DNA from: Hemiscyllium ocellatum
Taxonomy: Eukaryota
DNA: 64,000 nucleotides
Direction of reading: 5' to 3'
Assembly (NCBI RefSeq): GCF_020745735.1
Contig: NC_083419.1
Location: forward strand, 16,514,085 to 16,578,084
The notes beneath the pieces are model-generated. The model searched no databases and was not told the DNA's origin. It was given only the letters and a program-made list of their open reading frames with translations. Numbering within the stretch: position 1 is the first letter of the stretch; every line of letters begins with the position of its first letter. Below, one piece after another: positions 1 to 13,039 of this stretch. The position numbers and the translations under genes were made by a program.

Positions 1-812
1 AACTTTTTTTTAAAACAAGAGCTTGCATTCATGTGGCACCTACAACAGAAAAGTATACCTGAATCAGAGCTAAATGCACAGATATGTTGCACAGGATCAC
101 TAAACAATAACATCTGGATTTTAAAATTCTACAACGTTGTAACTTAGCCTTGGATCCCTGATAAGATTGCTACAAAACATTCTACTGATTACATAATTGG
201 CCAAAGTTTCAAAAGAGTTTCAGTCATTATCAAAGAGGCCAATCATTTAATCTGGCGAGGAGTTGGTAATTAGCAGTAGATCCAACTAAAAGATGTACTG
301 CAGTATTCACCAAGGCTCCTTCAGCAGCTCTTCCCAAACCCACCTAGAGATACAAAATGCAGAGTCATGTCACATAACCACTTGTAACCCCTTCAAAGTT
401 GCTTAATAAAAATCCTGGAACTCTCTCCTAAGATTCACTGTATTTTTATGTCCACCACACAGACTGCAGCAGTTCAAGGAGGCAGCTCTCCAGGACAATG
501 AAGGAATAGGTAATAAATGCTGGCCCAACCACTGACATCCAGACTTGCGATGAGGTTAGAAAAGTAGCACGAGTCACTAAGTACCTAACTGTTTTGTAAT
601 GCAACTGAATTTATTTCAAACAATAACCATGTGAAGAAGAATCTATCTTAAGCCAGTAGGCCAACAGCAGATGTGCCAAGTCATGGCTGTTGAATGCCAT
701 TGAAAACCAAGCTTGATTTCAACAAGCAGCAATAAATCTGACATATCAAGTTACCAGCATGAAGAACAGTTGGGATCTATCATAACTTTGCCCAGACACT
801 ATTACAGCATGG

Positions 813-1000
813 TGGAAGTGGGCACTGCAGATGCTGGAGATTAGAGTCAAGATTAGCATGGTGCTGGAAACGCACAGCATGTCAGGTAGCATTCGGACAG
901 CAGGAAAGTAGATGTTCCGAATGCCTGAAATGGTGATTTTCCTGCTCCTCCGTTGCTGCCTGACCTGCAATGCTTTTCCAGCACCACTCTAATCTTGACA
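813..1000. mobile_element. Short fold-back Penelope-terminus element (diverged)
   Basis: Inverted arms gtgctggaaacgcacagc... and ...gcttttccagcacc. TSD attacagcatgg/attgcagcatgg at 801-812 and 1001-1012. Confidence 0.8.
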
Positions 1001-2987
1001 ATTGCAGCATGGCTGGATTGAAGGTTATGAAACTCTATCAGTCACAATCTGTCCGTTTACCCAGCAATTTATCAGAAATTGTATCATCTATAGGCTCTTT
1101 ACTCAGACTAGCAGGGGCGTGGAGTGCCCTGCCTGCAACAGTAGTAGGCTTGCCAACTTTAAGGGCATTTAAATGGTCATTAGATAAATTTATGGATGTT
1201 AATCAAATAGTGTAGGTTAGAATGGCTTCAGACTGGTTTCACAGTTCAGCAGAACATAAAAGGGCCGAAGGGCTTGTGCTGCGCTTAATGTTCTGTGTCC
1301 ATCTATTGGGGTCAGGCAGGGATGCTCAACGCCAACAGAACTAGGGAATGTGTCATGCTCATATGTTAATGAAGGGATAATTCAATGTTAAGGTAGTGGT
1401 GACACACAATCCAGCGTCACAGTCTAATGTTCTACAACAGCTCTTATACCGCAGTGATAGTGTTCCTACCTCTGAGCCTGAAGGTCCTAAATCAAATCAT
1501 ATCTGCCGCAGACATATGTCTGAACAGTTTGATGAAAAATAATTACTTATTTCCCCATAAACATGAGAGATGTGAGGCAGCATAAAAAACTCTAGAAGCA
1601 TATTCCTGGTTATCAAACACTTAACTTCTGATGTTTAAAAGGGGTCACTTTAACATTAATCTAAACCAATTTCACTGATGGGACTGAAAAGGCTGACCAA
1701 TTCTTATAATCACCACTCACTTGTCTTTCTCTCCATCCTACCACCACATCATTCTGCACTGAAGTCAGATTTCATCTGATATAGTTCCAATTAGCTCACT
1801 ATGAGACTGCAAAATGGATCAACAATAAAAGAGACCTTACCCAGAAAAATTTCAAGTACGTAGTTTTTAAACTGATATACAGAACTCCTTTAGAATCTAA
1901 AAAGGTGTAATGGAAACTGATTGGAACATTAAGATTGTAAAGCACCAAAGGGCATTGCGGAGAATTTTAAAATACTGTTTAAGTTGCTGTTATCAGGAAT
2001 TCACTGAGAGGATAGTGGAAGCAGATTCAATAGTAACTTTCAGAAGGGAATCGATTGAACAATTTTACGGGAAAGCTTCAACATGACAATGGGGAAAGGA
2101 GGGGGGATTGGACCAATTTCAAAGCTCTTTCAAAGATCTGCCGTAGGTCCAAAGGGTTTCCTGTCTTGACAGGGGAAATGGAAGAGAAAAGACTTCCTTA
2201 AAATGAGAGGGAAAATTGGGAATTGTTGATGTCCAAAGAGACCTGGGTATTCTAGTTCAGAAGTTAATAAAGATGCAGCAAGCATTTAGCAAGGTAAATG
2301 TTCACCTTTAATCACCAGGAGATTCAGTATAATGGTAAAGATATCTTACTGCAATGGCACAGAGCCATGGTGAGATCACACATGGAGTACTGTGTATAGC
2401 CTTAGTATCTCTACCTCAGGAGCTTATCATTGTCATAGACAGAGTGCAGCAAAGGCTCAGACTAATTCCTGGGAAGGCAGGCTATCTGATGAGAAGTGTC
2501 TGCAGAGACTGCACATGTATTCTCTAGAGTTTAGGTGAACGAAAAGTGATTTCACAGAAACTTACAAAATTGTTAAATGTGGATGCAGAAAGGACACTTC
2601 CCTGGCTAGAACCAGGGAACAGTCTCAGGATAAGGGTAGGTCATTTAGGACAAAAGATGAGAAATGCCTTTGCTCAGAGGGTGGTGAATCTGCAGTTCTC
2701 TACCCCAGAGGGCTGTGGAAACTCAACCATTTGAATGATCACAGAAATTGAAAGCTTCGTAAATACTATTGACAGCAAGGGATTGGAGGTAATATCAAAA
2801 TGGTGTTGAAGATAAGCAACCATGATATGGAATAACGGAACAATTCAAGATGTAATACTTTTCCCAAGGAAAAGGTAGAAATTTATGCAAACATGGGGAA
2901 TGGAACTTGTGACTGCAGTAAATCTTAACTTACAGTAAACACAAGTTCAGATTTCCAAAACATATCAGCAATTAGATACAGACTCAC

Positions 2988-3060
2988 CAACTGGGAGGCC
3001 CAAGACATGATCTGGAGAAGGGAGGGCAAAGCGGAATCTCCGAGTGTCACGGGAAACAAC
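2988..3060 (-). CDS. cyb5r3: NADH-cytochrome b5 reductase 3, exon 3 ([25 protein letters not shown])
   Basis: Acceptor ttctcag|, donor |gtgagt, 73 nt, phase 1. Matches CYB5R3 [25 protein letters not shown]. The remaining exons lie left of the window. Confidence 0.95.
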
Positions 3061-5807
3061 CTGAGAAGAGCAAATACAATCCTTGAAGTACTGTCATATA
3101 CATTTGCAACTATGTAAAGTTTCCATAGTAATAATCCAATTCAGGAAGCCAGATTAGATCTGATTAACATTGTAAACATTAGAGATTATTGGTTAAGAAC
3201 AAACCAAAATGCTGCCAGCATATGATGCAATGCGAATGGAGTTACTAACTAATCAGTGATCCACCTCAGAGAGACTGTAATGGGCCTAATATGCAGAGTA
3301 AGGAAAACCCCAGTAAATCGTGGATCCCAAGTCACCTGTTCCACCTGAGCTCATTAAATGGGAGATAACTGTCTGTGGAAGTGAATGGGCCAGGCCAGTG
3401 ATACCCAACCAGTGAGGTGGCAGGGATGTCATTTGTTCACATAGTTGACACAAAACAGTGCTAGCAGTCACAATGCATAATGAAATGAATGTTGTACTTG
3501 ACCAGACCCCGCCAGTGGCTAGACATGCATGTACCACCCATTCCCATGGGCATCAAAACATGGTGAGAAGACACATTCTTAAACTACAGTCTGTCTATCT
3601 GGTGTAGTGTGGGGCTATTAGGAAGGAAGCTCTAGGATTTTGACCAAACAATAATAAAAAAAGGGAAATATTTTGGAACTTGCAGGTGGTAGCATTCCAA
3701 ATCATCGACTATATGGTGAGGGACAGTGTGTTACTGGGGAAGGGTGGAGTCAGCAACTATGTGTGCCATTTACAAAATCAAGGCATCTCACTAAATCTCC
3801 ATCTACAACAATGCATGGGAATGCCACCACTTGCAAGGTCCCTTCCAAACAATTTACCACCCTGACGTGGTAATATCTCACCATCCCTTAAGTGACCTTG
3901 CATTGAAATCCTAGAAATCCATCCCAAACAGCACTTGGTGTCCTGACACCACACAGACTACAACAGTTCAAAAAGACAGCTCACCATCACCTTCTCAAAG
4001 GCATTTAGGAATGGGCAACATTCTATTATATTCCTTCCTGGAATATAGATAATTTAAATCATTAGCTTGAAAGACATTCTGGAACAAGGGAATTCCAGGG
4101 TTATGTTATATTCCTGCTTCATAGTGATCCAGAAATAAGTCAAGCTGCCTCCGTATCATCAGTGTGTGTCAGGATTGAATTGCAAGGCATCATTCCCAGA
4201 GAGGCCATCCTCAAGAATCTAAGAACCCAGAACTAGAGGGGAAAGGTTTAAAATGGACCTAAAGAGCAACTTTTCCACACAGGGGGTGGTGTGTGTATGG
4301 AATGAGCAGCCAGCGGAAGGAGGAGGCGGCTGGTACAACTGCATCATTCAAAAGGCATCTGGATGGGTATATGAATAGAAAGGGTTTAGGGCGATATGGG
4401 TCAAATGTTGGCAAATGGGACTAGGTTAGTTTTGTATATCAGACCAGCATTGATAAGTTGAACCAAAGGGTTTATTTCCAGGCTGTGCAACTCTATGACT
4501 CTGTAATCCATGAAATTCCACTCATCTCCCCTCGCTGCCAAAGGGAGAATGCAAAATGCTGTAGAAATGCAGCATAACTCAAATTTCTCAATGAGTCAAC
4601 AGTGACCTTTATCACACATTCAATAAACCATATTTTGAGAAACAGAGATCAGGAGGAAGACAGGAAAGAAAAAAAAGAGCATTCTCAGTAGTAGTGAATA
4701 ATAAATTTAAAAAATACAGTTCCCAGGCTTTTAACCACCCACCCCACCCCAAATAATTTGGGCTACAAAGAGGGACATGATAACCTTGGCTGCCTGGAGC
4801 CAAGAAAAAAATATTTTGAACATCACTAAGCCAAAAGTCAATGATATGCCATTGGTTTATTTGTAATAAGATAATGTTACAATAAACGTCAGCCATGCTG
4901 CTGCTACACAGATCAACCATATCCTTGACTGATTCTAAACCGAATTCATTTAATGCTTCACTATCTGTAATAGCAAGGTTGTGTATAAATTGCAGTAAAG
5001 CATTAATCATTTACTTTGGATCAAATACTTTGGACTGTGATAAGCAGCTTCAGTAACAAAGCCAAGTTCAAAGTAAACTTCACTTTTTTACAACTGTGCA
5101 AGAATATGACAGACTGATGATAGCTTTTATTTGTTCATTTTATATTCATGCATTAGATGCAAATATTTTTCATGGGGGTCATACTTGACTATGTTGGCAA
5201 GGCACTTGTTGACATTTAAGACACAATGTTAAAAATCACAGAACAGTGCAGAATGACGCACTCAACACATTGCATCTGCAAGAACAATACCGTTCATCCC
5301 ACGCCTCTGTGTTTGCACTACAGACATGAAAATAATTTCAATTGGATGATTATTCAAAACCATTTTGAAGACATGAGTGAACGTACCTTCACTGCACAGA
5401 GGCAATTCATTCCGGATCTTAACCATTTACTGCATATAGAATGTTTTCCTCCTTTCACTAATAGATCGACTGATAATTTTCTTTAATAGATACCATTGGG
5501 TTCTCAATCTTTCAGCAATGAGAGGGATTTATCCTTTCCTACTCTGTCTAGACCCTTTTTTTTTAAAATGATACATACTATACACAATTGATCTACTTTG
5601 CGCACACAATGACTTTTTAAAATTTGTATAGTCATTTTCTCTTACAAACCCTTCAAACAAATGTTGAATTCAAAACTCTATTATACTTCTCACTTTGCTT
5701 ATATAGAACAGTGAAGATGACTATTTAAGATTATAAAGAGATCTTGATATTTTGGGTCAATGGGCTGAAGAGTGGGAGATGGAGTTCAATTTGGATAAAT
5801 CGAGATA

Positions 5808-6026
5808 CAGTCAGTTCTGATATAACGTGATAGTTCCGTTCTCATGCAATCTTGCGTTATAAGAAAATTGCACAATATCTGCACCATCTAACCCAATGGA
5901 ACAGAATTGTGTTATAGCTGATACATGTAAGGAAAGTTCGTGTTCTACAAATAATAGTCTAAACTCTTCAAATTGCATTTAAGCCAATTGGCATTGAAGA
6001 AACACATGTTATGGCAGAACCAACTG
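5808..6026. mobile_element. Tc1/mariner-pogo (Tigger-like) MITE
   Basis: TA-flanked imperfect TIRs cagtcagttctgatataacgtg and catgttatggcagaaccaactg. Interrupts a CR1 fragment. Confidence 0.7.
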
Positions 6027-6287
6027 TATTACATTTTGGTAAAACAAAGGCAAGGCTTATCCAATTAAAAGTAGAGCTTTGGATAATGAGACACAGCTAG
6101 GGGTTCAGGTACATAATTCTTTGAAGTTTGCATCACATATAGTTAGGGCAGTGAAGGAGTTTAGCACACTTGTCTTTCTTGCTGAGACCTTTGAATACAG
6201 GAGTTGGGACATTATGTTAAGGTTGTACAGGACATTGGTTAGACCATCTGGGGTCCAGTTCTGGTCCCTGTTATAGGAAAGGTATTA

Positions 6288-6914
6288 CCCATATATACTT
6301 GAGTAATAGTTGTTTTTTAAACTACCTTTCAAAGGTTAAATTTATGGGGTTGACTATTACATGGATACAATTTTTGAGGGGCTGAAATTCATACAGTATC
6401 ATTAGTAAAAGCACAATTGATCTGTAAAAAAGGAAGAAAAAAATGAATTATCATAATTCTGAAAACCCAGAGCAGATCACTACAGCCAGTGGACCGGAAG
6501 ACCAGGAATGGTGGGCAATAACCAGCAGACTTCAAAGCTGAAGCGGGATGCGACGGCTGGCACTCTGACTCAAACATTGATCTGTTATCTGTGAAGAACT
6601 AGGGTCGACCTTTACCTGAGATATATAGAAAATTCCAGATTGTTTGGCCAGAAACCAGGTGTCCTCACTTTCTCCTGTAAAAGTCGACTGCAGATGCTAG
6701 AGATCAGAGCTGAAATTGTGTTGCTGGAAAAGCGCAGGTCAGGCCGCATCCAAGGAACAGGTGAATCGACGTTTCGAAGAGTTTAGCAGGGCTCATGCCC
6801 AAGAAGTCGATTCTCCTGCTCCGTGGATGCTGCCTGACCGGCTGCGCTTTTCCAGCAACACATTTTCAGCTGTCGACTTTTACATGAGATCGATTATCAC
6901 TTGGGTATATAGGA
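6288..6914. mobile_element. Non-autonomous Tc1/mariner-superfamily (Tc2-like) DNA transposon
   Basis: TA-flanked degenerate TIRs cccatatatacttgagtaatagttg and gattatcacttgggtatatagga. CR1 sequence resumes on both sides. Confidence 0.6.
6661..6871. mobile_element. Short fold-back Penelope-terminus element with an inverted left junction
   Basis: Inverted arms. The TSD gtcgacttttaca is at 6872-6884 on the right and appears reverse-complemented at 6676-6688 on the left. Confidence 0.8.
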
Positions 6915-7045
6915 TATTAAGCTGGAGAGGGTTCAGAAGATATTTGCCAGGATATTGTCAGGAATGGTGGGTTTGAGTTATATGGAAAAGCTGGGTAGGC
7001 TGGGACTTTTTTTTCCCAACTAGAGCAGAGAGGTTGAGGGGTGAT

Positions 7046-7353
7046 TAGATTAGATTACTTACAGTGTGGAAACAGGCCCTTCGGCCCAACAAGTCCACAC
7101 CGACCCGCCGAAGCGCAACCCACTCATACCCCTACCCCTACATTTACCCCTTACCTAACACTACGGGCAATTTAGCGTGGCCAATTCACCTGACCCGCAC
7201 ATCTTTGGACTGTGGGAGGAAACCGGAGCACCCAGAGGAAACCCACGCAGACACGGGGAGAACGTGCAAACTCCACACAGTCAGTCGCCTGAGTCGGGAT
7301 TTGAACCCGGGTCTCAGGCGCTGAGAGACAGCAGTGCTAACCACTGTGCCACC
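7046..7353 (-). mobile_element. HE1-type V-SINE (tRNA-derived)
   Basis: tRNA-like head ggtggcacagtggttagcactgctg...ggttcaaatccc, V-domain tgtgtggagtttgcacgttctccccgtgtctgcgtgggtttcct, (TCTAA)n tail, gtgat TSD. Confidence 0.88.
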
Positions 7354-8158
7354 GTGATCTTATAGGTTTATCAAATGAGGGGTATAGATAATGTGATTGG
7401 CATTTTTTTTTAAAACAGAGTGGTTTGTGTGTGGAATGAACTTCCAGAGGAAGTGGTGGATGCGGGTACAGTTACAGTGTTTAGAAGGCATTTAGATATA
7501 CATGAATAAATAATGTCTGGAAAGATATGGATCAAGTGCAGGCAGGTGGGACTAGTTTAGTCTGGAATTATGGTCAGCATGGACTGGTTGGACCGAAGGG
7601 TCTGTATCCATGCTGTATGACTAGAACTAACTTAGATAAAACTTCATAGTGCATCTGATCTTAAATCCTTTGAAAACCATCTGGTTGCATAAATAGTTGT
7701 AAATGTTTACTGCAAAGCTGTTCTCTCAAATCAAGACTTCCTGTTTTGCTCATTCTTGAATTATTTAAGGAGTAAGCTTTCTTACTTGTTCTCCTATCCT
7801 ACAGAACATTGATCCCATTTCCCTGTGCTTATGTGACACTAATAAGAGTTATAATTTAATCACTCATGTCTGAAACTGTCCAGGTCACTTATTTTCTTGC
7901 TCAATGTATCTGGCAGGTAATTACTCAGTTTTGCAGAAGGACGGTAATAATTTCTCTACAGTGTTGCATTGCTACCCAGTATGTACTTGAAAATCCTCTT
8001 CTCCTGAGAGACAAAAAAAAAGTTCGATTACTAACCCTCAACCCATCAAGATGTCCAGCTTAAATGGTGACTGAAGTTAAACGGATTTGAGAAAATGACA
8101 ACAGGTCATTTGAATCATTGTTTATTGACATGGTTTAATTCAGAACAAGTTCACTCAC

Positions 8159-8287
8159 CTCCTTATCAATCAACCTCAGCGGATACTTGGTATTTGGATC
8201 CTCAAGTGTGATTGGCGGACCCTTAACTTTAAGCTGAAACAGGTTCAAAATGAAGTCAAGCAACGACCTCAGAATGGAGCCAATTGC
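8159..8287 (-). CDS. cyb5r3: NADH-cytochrome b5 reductase 3, exon 2 ([43 protein letters not shown])
   Basis: Acceptor ctgcag|, donor |gtgagt, 129 nt. A hydrophobic anchor is followed by [19 protein letters not shown], matching CYB5R3 [20 protein letters not shown]. Confidence 0.93.
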
Positions 8288-8654
8288 CTGCAGAATGGAG
8301 ATGGATATTGTCAGAGATATCTTACAGCACAGGAAGAGGTCATTCAGATCGCTTTCTGCATTTGGTCAGTTGGTTAGGATGATTACAGAATGGCTCAGTA
8401 AAACACAGAGCACATGTTCAATACCTGCGATAGTTTGCGGAAATCCTGCCTCCTCACCTCGTTTGTGGAAAACTACCAATCAAGCTACACATAACCAATT
8501 GTCTCTCTCTAATATAGACAGACATTGACAATCCTTCAAGGACCCAGGCATTACCTGACTCTTTGAATGAGCTATCCAATTTAACCCTATTTCCAAGTCT
8601 TTTCCAAATATCCTTGCATAGTAGTTCTTTCAACTTTCCATGGGAACCACATTG

Positions 8655-8837
8655 GGTGTGGTGCTGGAAAAGCACAGCTAGACAGCATCCGAGGAGGAGA
8701 GTCAATGCTTCGAGCTGAAGAGCTTATGCTCGAAACGTCGACTCTCTTGCTCCTCGGATGCTGCCTGACCAACTGTGTTTTTCCAGCACCACACTCTTCA
8801 ACTCTGATCTCCAACATCTGCAGTCCTCACATTCTCC
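8655..8837. mobile_element. Short fold-back Penelope-terminus element
   Basis: gtgtggtgctggaaaagcacag ... ctgtgtttttccagcaccacac arms around a collapsed hammerhead (gagcttatgctcgaaacgtc). Confidence 0.8.
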
Positions 8838-10714
8838 CATGGAAAGTTCCCAAGATATCTCATTCTATCCACCTTTCACACTGTACCTTCCAGATTTTAA
8901 TAATCTACCTCCTGAGGAAATTTCTCCCCCATAATTTTGTCAATTATTTTAAATATTTTCCCAACCAACCCACTTCTTTTCCTTTCCCCAGCCACTGGGT
9001 AACATTCTTTGCCTTGGAGTCAAAACCATCTTTACAACACAAAAGGAGACCCTCTAGCCCATCACTTCTGTATGGTCATCATGCACTTAGCTACTCCACT
9101 CCTAGTTTCCAGCACCTGGACTGTAGGCTTGTCTACTTATAGCATTTTAATTGTTCATCCAAATATTCCTTAAATATTGTCATGGTTCCTGCCTCTACCA
9201 CCATTTTAAGCAATGAGTTCCAGACACAAACTTCTTCCTCAAATTCCCACTTAACCTTCTATCTTTAATTTAAAATTGCGTCCCCTGGATACTTATCCCA
9301 TTAAGGGGAAACATTTCTCTCTCTCTACCATGTCAATGTCCCTCAGTTTTGAACACCTCTACCACCCTAGCTTGCTCTACTGTAAGGAAAGCCACCCCAA
9401 GCCTCTCTCTATGTAATTGAATTGCTTCAGCCCAGGCAATATCCTGGTGAATCTTCTCTGCACCCTCTCCAGTGTAATCACATTCTTCCATAGTGTGGTG
9501 ACCAGAACTGTACACATTACTCCAGCTGTGGCCTAACATTACATATAGCTCCATCATATCCTCCCAGCCCGTGTATTCAATGTCTTGACTATTAAAGTAT
9601 GCCTTAATCACCAGTTGCGTTGCCTTCAACAATCTTTGGACAGAGGTCTCTCTGAATGGTAAGATCCTCGAAAGTACAATATGTACTCCCCTTTCCATGT
9701 CCTCCCAAAATACTTTACACCTCACATGTTTAAACAGATTCAGCCTTTGTTGAGCCAGAAAAGAACCAGTGACCCAAGTCCGAAGTTTGTGGATTTAAGT
9801 TCTACACTTGAGCTCAAGACTTCAGTGGACATTGCACTGAGAGAATACCAGACTGTCCGAGGGGCAGTCCCAACAGTAGTGCTGTACAGTCCGAGGGAGA
9901 GTATAGAAGGGAGTGCTGCACCTTCCAAGGAACGGTACTGAGGGAAGCACTGTACCACTCAGAGGGTGGCTACTGAGGGGAGTGCCACAATGTCCTACTG
10001 AAATATAGGATGGACGGGTTGCATCCTGCAAGAACAGGACTGAGAAAAGCACTCTCAAGTTTTCATCTTTTTATTGAAACATTGAACCAGGGTACGTACT
10101 TCCTTCCTTCACAAGTTAATGTGAAACATTCAAGATAGCACTGAGTGAAGAGGAGCTCTTCCTAATGTCTTCTTCAGTACATCTCTCTCAATCATTCTCA
10201 CTCGCAAACAGCCATTTTGGGAGCCTGTTGCACATAAATTGGTTGCTGTGTTTCCTTCATTCCAAGTGATCACTGCACTTTAAAATAAAAACTTAATTTG
10301 CTATCACAAGGTTTTAGGGATATCTAAACAAAAAAGAGGCTTGCATGAATACTTTCCCCGCACTTTCTTCATTCAGTGAGTAGTGAATTTTTGGAATTCT
10401 TTACCCGAGAACTGTGGAAGCTTAACCACTGAGTATGCTCAAGACTGAGATCAATAGATTTATGGAGATGAATGATAAGTAGAGGCATGGGAAAGTGATG
10501 TTGAGATAGATGATCAGCCATGATCTAATTAAATGGTGGAATACACTTAATGGGCTGAAGGGCCCACTCCCTTTCCTATGTTCTATATAGCCCATTTCAT
10601 GGCTAGACACTGCAAAATACTTTTTACATTAAAAAAACCAAAAATCACATGGTTAAAAGTGTCACACTGCTGTAAGAAATCCAGCCGCCAACTGTGTGCA
10701 CCACAAGATCCTTT

Positions 10715-11905
10715 TGATTTGATTGTCACATGTGTTGTTGTAGTCACATGTACCCAAGTACAATGAAAATGTAGTTTTGCAATCAGTACAGGTAGATCAT
10801 AGCAAATAAGGATGTACAGATAGTAGGATGTTTACACAGAGCAAGGCATACAAGGTTACAGCTGCAAAGAAGGTGCTAAAGAAAGATCAACAGTCGATTT
10901 GAAATCAGAGAGGTCTGTTTGGCAATCTGATAGCAGCAGGGAAATAGCTGTTCTTGTACCTGATGTGGGTTCAAGCTTCTATCTTCTTCCCGACAGAAGA
11001 GGTTGTAAGAGAGCATTAGGGATGGTAAGGGTCTTTGATGATATTAGCTGTCAATGGAGTCCACGAATGGGAGGCTGGTTTCTGTGATGACCTGGGCTGT
11101 GCACACAACTTTCTGTAGTTTCTATTAGTCTGGGCAGAACAGTTGTTGTACCAAGCCATTACACACTCAGGTAGAATGTTTTATATGGTGCATCTGTAAA
11201 AGTTGGAGACGGTTCATATGGAAATGCTGAATTCACTAAGCTTCCTGAGGAAGAAAAAGGTGTTGTTGTGCCTTCTTGTCCATTGCATCTAAATGGGAGG
11301 TCCAGGGCAGATTGTTGGTTGTTATCATTTTTAGAAGCTAGACGTCATCAACCTTCTCCACCTCAACTCGGCTGATGTAGATATGAGCATGTCCTTCTCT
11401 TTTCTTCCTGAAGAAGATGATCAGTTCTTTTGTTTTGCTGACACAGAGGTTGTTGTCATTGCACCACTGCACCAAGCACATACTCTCCTTCCGGTTTTCT
11501 GACTTGTTAATGTTTGATATCTGGCCCAAAACAGTGGTGTAATCAGCAAACTTGTAGATGGTGTTTGTACAAAGTTTGACTACAATCATGGATGTACAGG
11601 CAGAACAGTAGGGGGCTGTGTACTCATCTTGTGGGATGCTGGTGTTGAGGATTATCATAGAGGAGGTAATATTATCCATCTTCATTGATTGCAGTCTGTG
11701 GGTCAGAAAGCTGAGGACAGAGCTGAGACCTAGGCCGCAGGTTTGAGATGAGCCTGGTCAGGATTATGGTATTGAAGACGGAGCTGTAATCAATGAGTAG
11801 GAGCCTGACGTAGATGTTCTCGTTATCTAGATGTTCCAGGGATGAGTGTAGGGTTGGGGAAATGGCATTCACTGTGGACCTGTTTTGCCAGTAGGCAATT
11901 TGCAG
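10715..11905 (-). mobile_element. Rex1/Babar-type LINE, degenerate RT and 3' end
   Basis: Peptides YVRLLLIDYSSVFNTII, IYKFADYTTVLG and WCNDNNL..SKTKELII; tail gtacatgtgac. Confidence 0.82.
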
Positions 11906-12987
11906 ATCCTATAAACAGGTGAATGATATATAGCCAGATAATTAATTGTTCTGTGACATTTGAGGGATAAACATTATCCAGTGGGCCAGGAGAAAACTTC
12001 TGCTCTTCTTTCAAACGCAGCCAGGGGATCTTTTATGTCCCAAGGATTTAAATTGTACACTGGTGTGTCATTCTCTGCTTGTGTGTTCAAGCCCTGGAGT
12101 GCAAATTGAAGATAACTTTCTAACTCACAGCTGAGATGGCTACATACACTTGTCAAAAAGGCGTTACAAAAACGTGAGTCAGGAAGCTATAAGCAGCCAG
12201 TCCTATTAGTTTGTTAGATCAATGCTTCCGGGCTCTGGGCCAATGGTTTTAGTCAGACTTTCCAACGCCAGAGCCCAGGATAGGTGGAGTCTCTTCTAGC
12301 TACACCCATCCAGCCAACCTGTCACTTAAACTGGGGCACCAGTTTAACCCAGTTGAGAGTGACAAGTTCACACAAAGTTGGGGATCAGAAATCTGTTTCA
12401 GACCGGTACAATCATAATGCCAAAAAAACTAAACGACCAGCCGCAGCTCCCCGTCCTTTATTGATTTGTCAGTGAACAAGCCCAGACCTTGCACAGCCAG
12501 AGATAATAATGCACCGAATCACCCACATTACTCATCAAATTCAACTCAATTTTACTTTATCCTCTTCACCTCCATTTCGTGCACCTTTCAGGATGGTCAG
12601 TAAATGCTGGCCTTGGAATGACTATGAAACACCTCCTCTATATATGAATTTACCTTCTCAAATGATGCATAGCTCAACGTTTTAATATCCCCTCATTTTC
12701 ACCCTCCCTTTGCTCTGTTTCTTCAATTCCTGCAGTCCCTCTTCTATAACCCAATCGTTTGCCTTCAGCTAATTTACTTACGCCAATCCTTCCCTCACCC
12801 CAATCAATCCCACTCTTCCCCCAATTCTCTCATTCTTTCCTTGATCCCTCCTCCTCTCTCTGCAACGATTCCCCTCCCTCTTTAATCTTTTTTTCCTTCT
12901 CCTTCCCTCCCATCCTCCTTTCCTACCCCTCTGCACCCTAGCTCCCCTTCTCCTACCCTCCCTCCTTCCCTCTATGTGTCCTCTTAC

Positions 12988-13008
12988 CCCGATCACTTGG
13001 CTCCACAT
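12988..13008 (-). CDS. cyb5r3: NADH-cytochrome b5 reductase 3, coding exon 1 (MWSQVIG)
   Basis: The minus strand reads acaATG TGG AGC CAA GTG ATC GGG|gtaaga. This is a 21-nt phase-0 first coding exon (the same length as human exon 1, MGAQLST) with a strong donor. It sits next to the CCAAT/GC-box promoter and joins exon 2 in frame. Confidence 0.75.
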
Positions 13009-13039
13009 TGTTTCACCTCCTGGAATCCAGACACAAAGT

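Larger units (their letters stand above)
5700..7625 (+). mobile_element. Degenerate CR1 LINE hosting nested insertions
   Basis: CR1 ORF2 fragments (EYRSWDIMLRLYRTLVRP) and 3' UTR, split by two DNA transposons, a fold-back element and a SINE. Confidence 0.75.

Noticed and set aside
1-2987. cyb5r3 exon 4 (QHIYLSARIDG...RPYTP)
   Set aside because: It was not found on the minus strand here and presumably lies left of the window, so there is no evidence of pseudogenisation.
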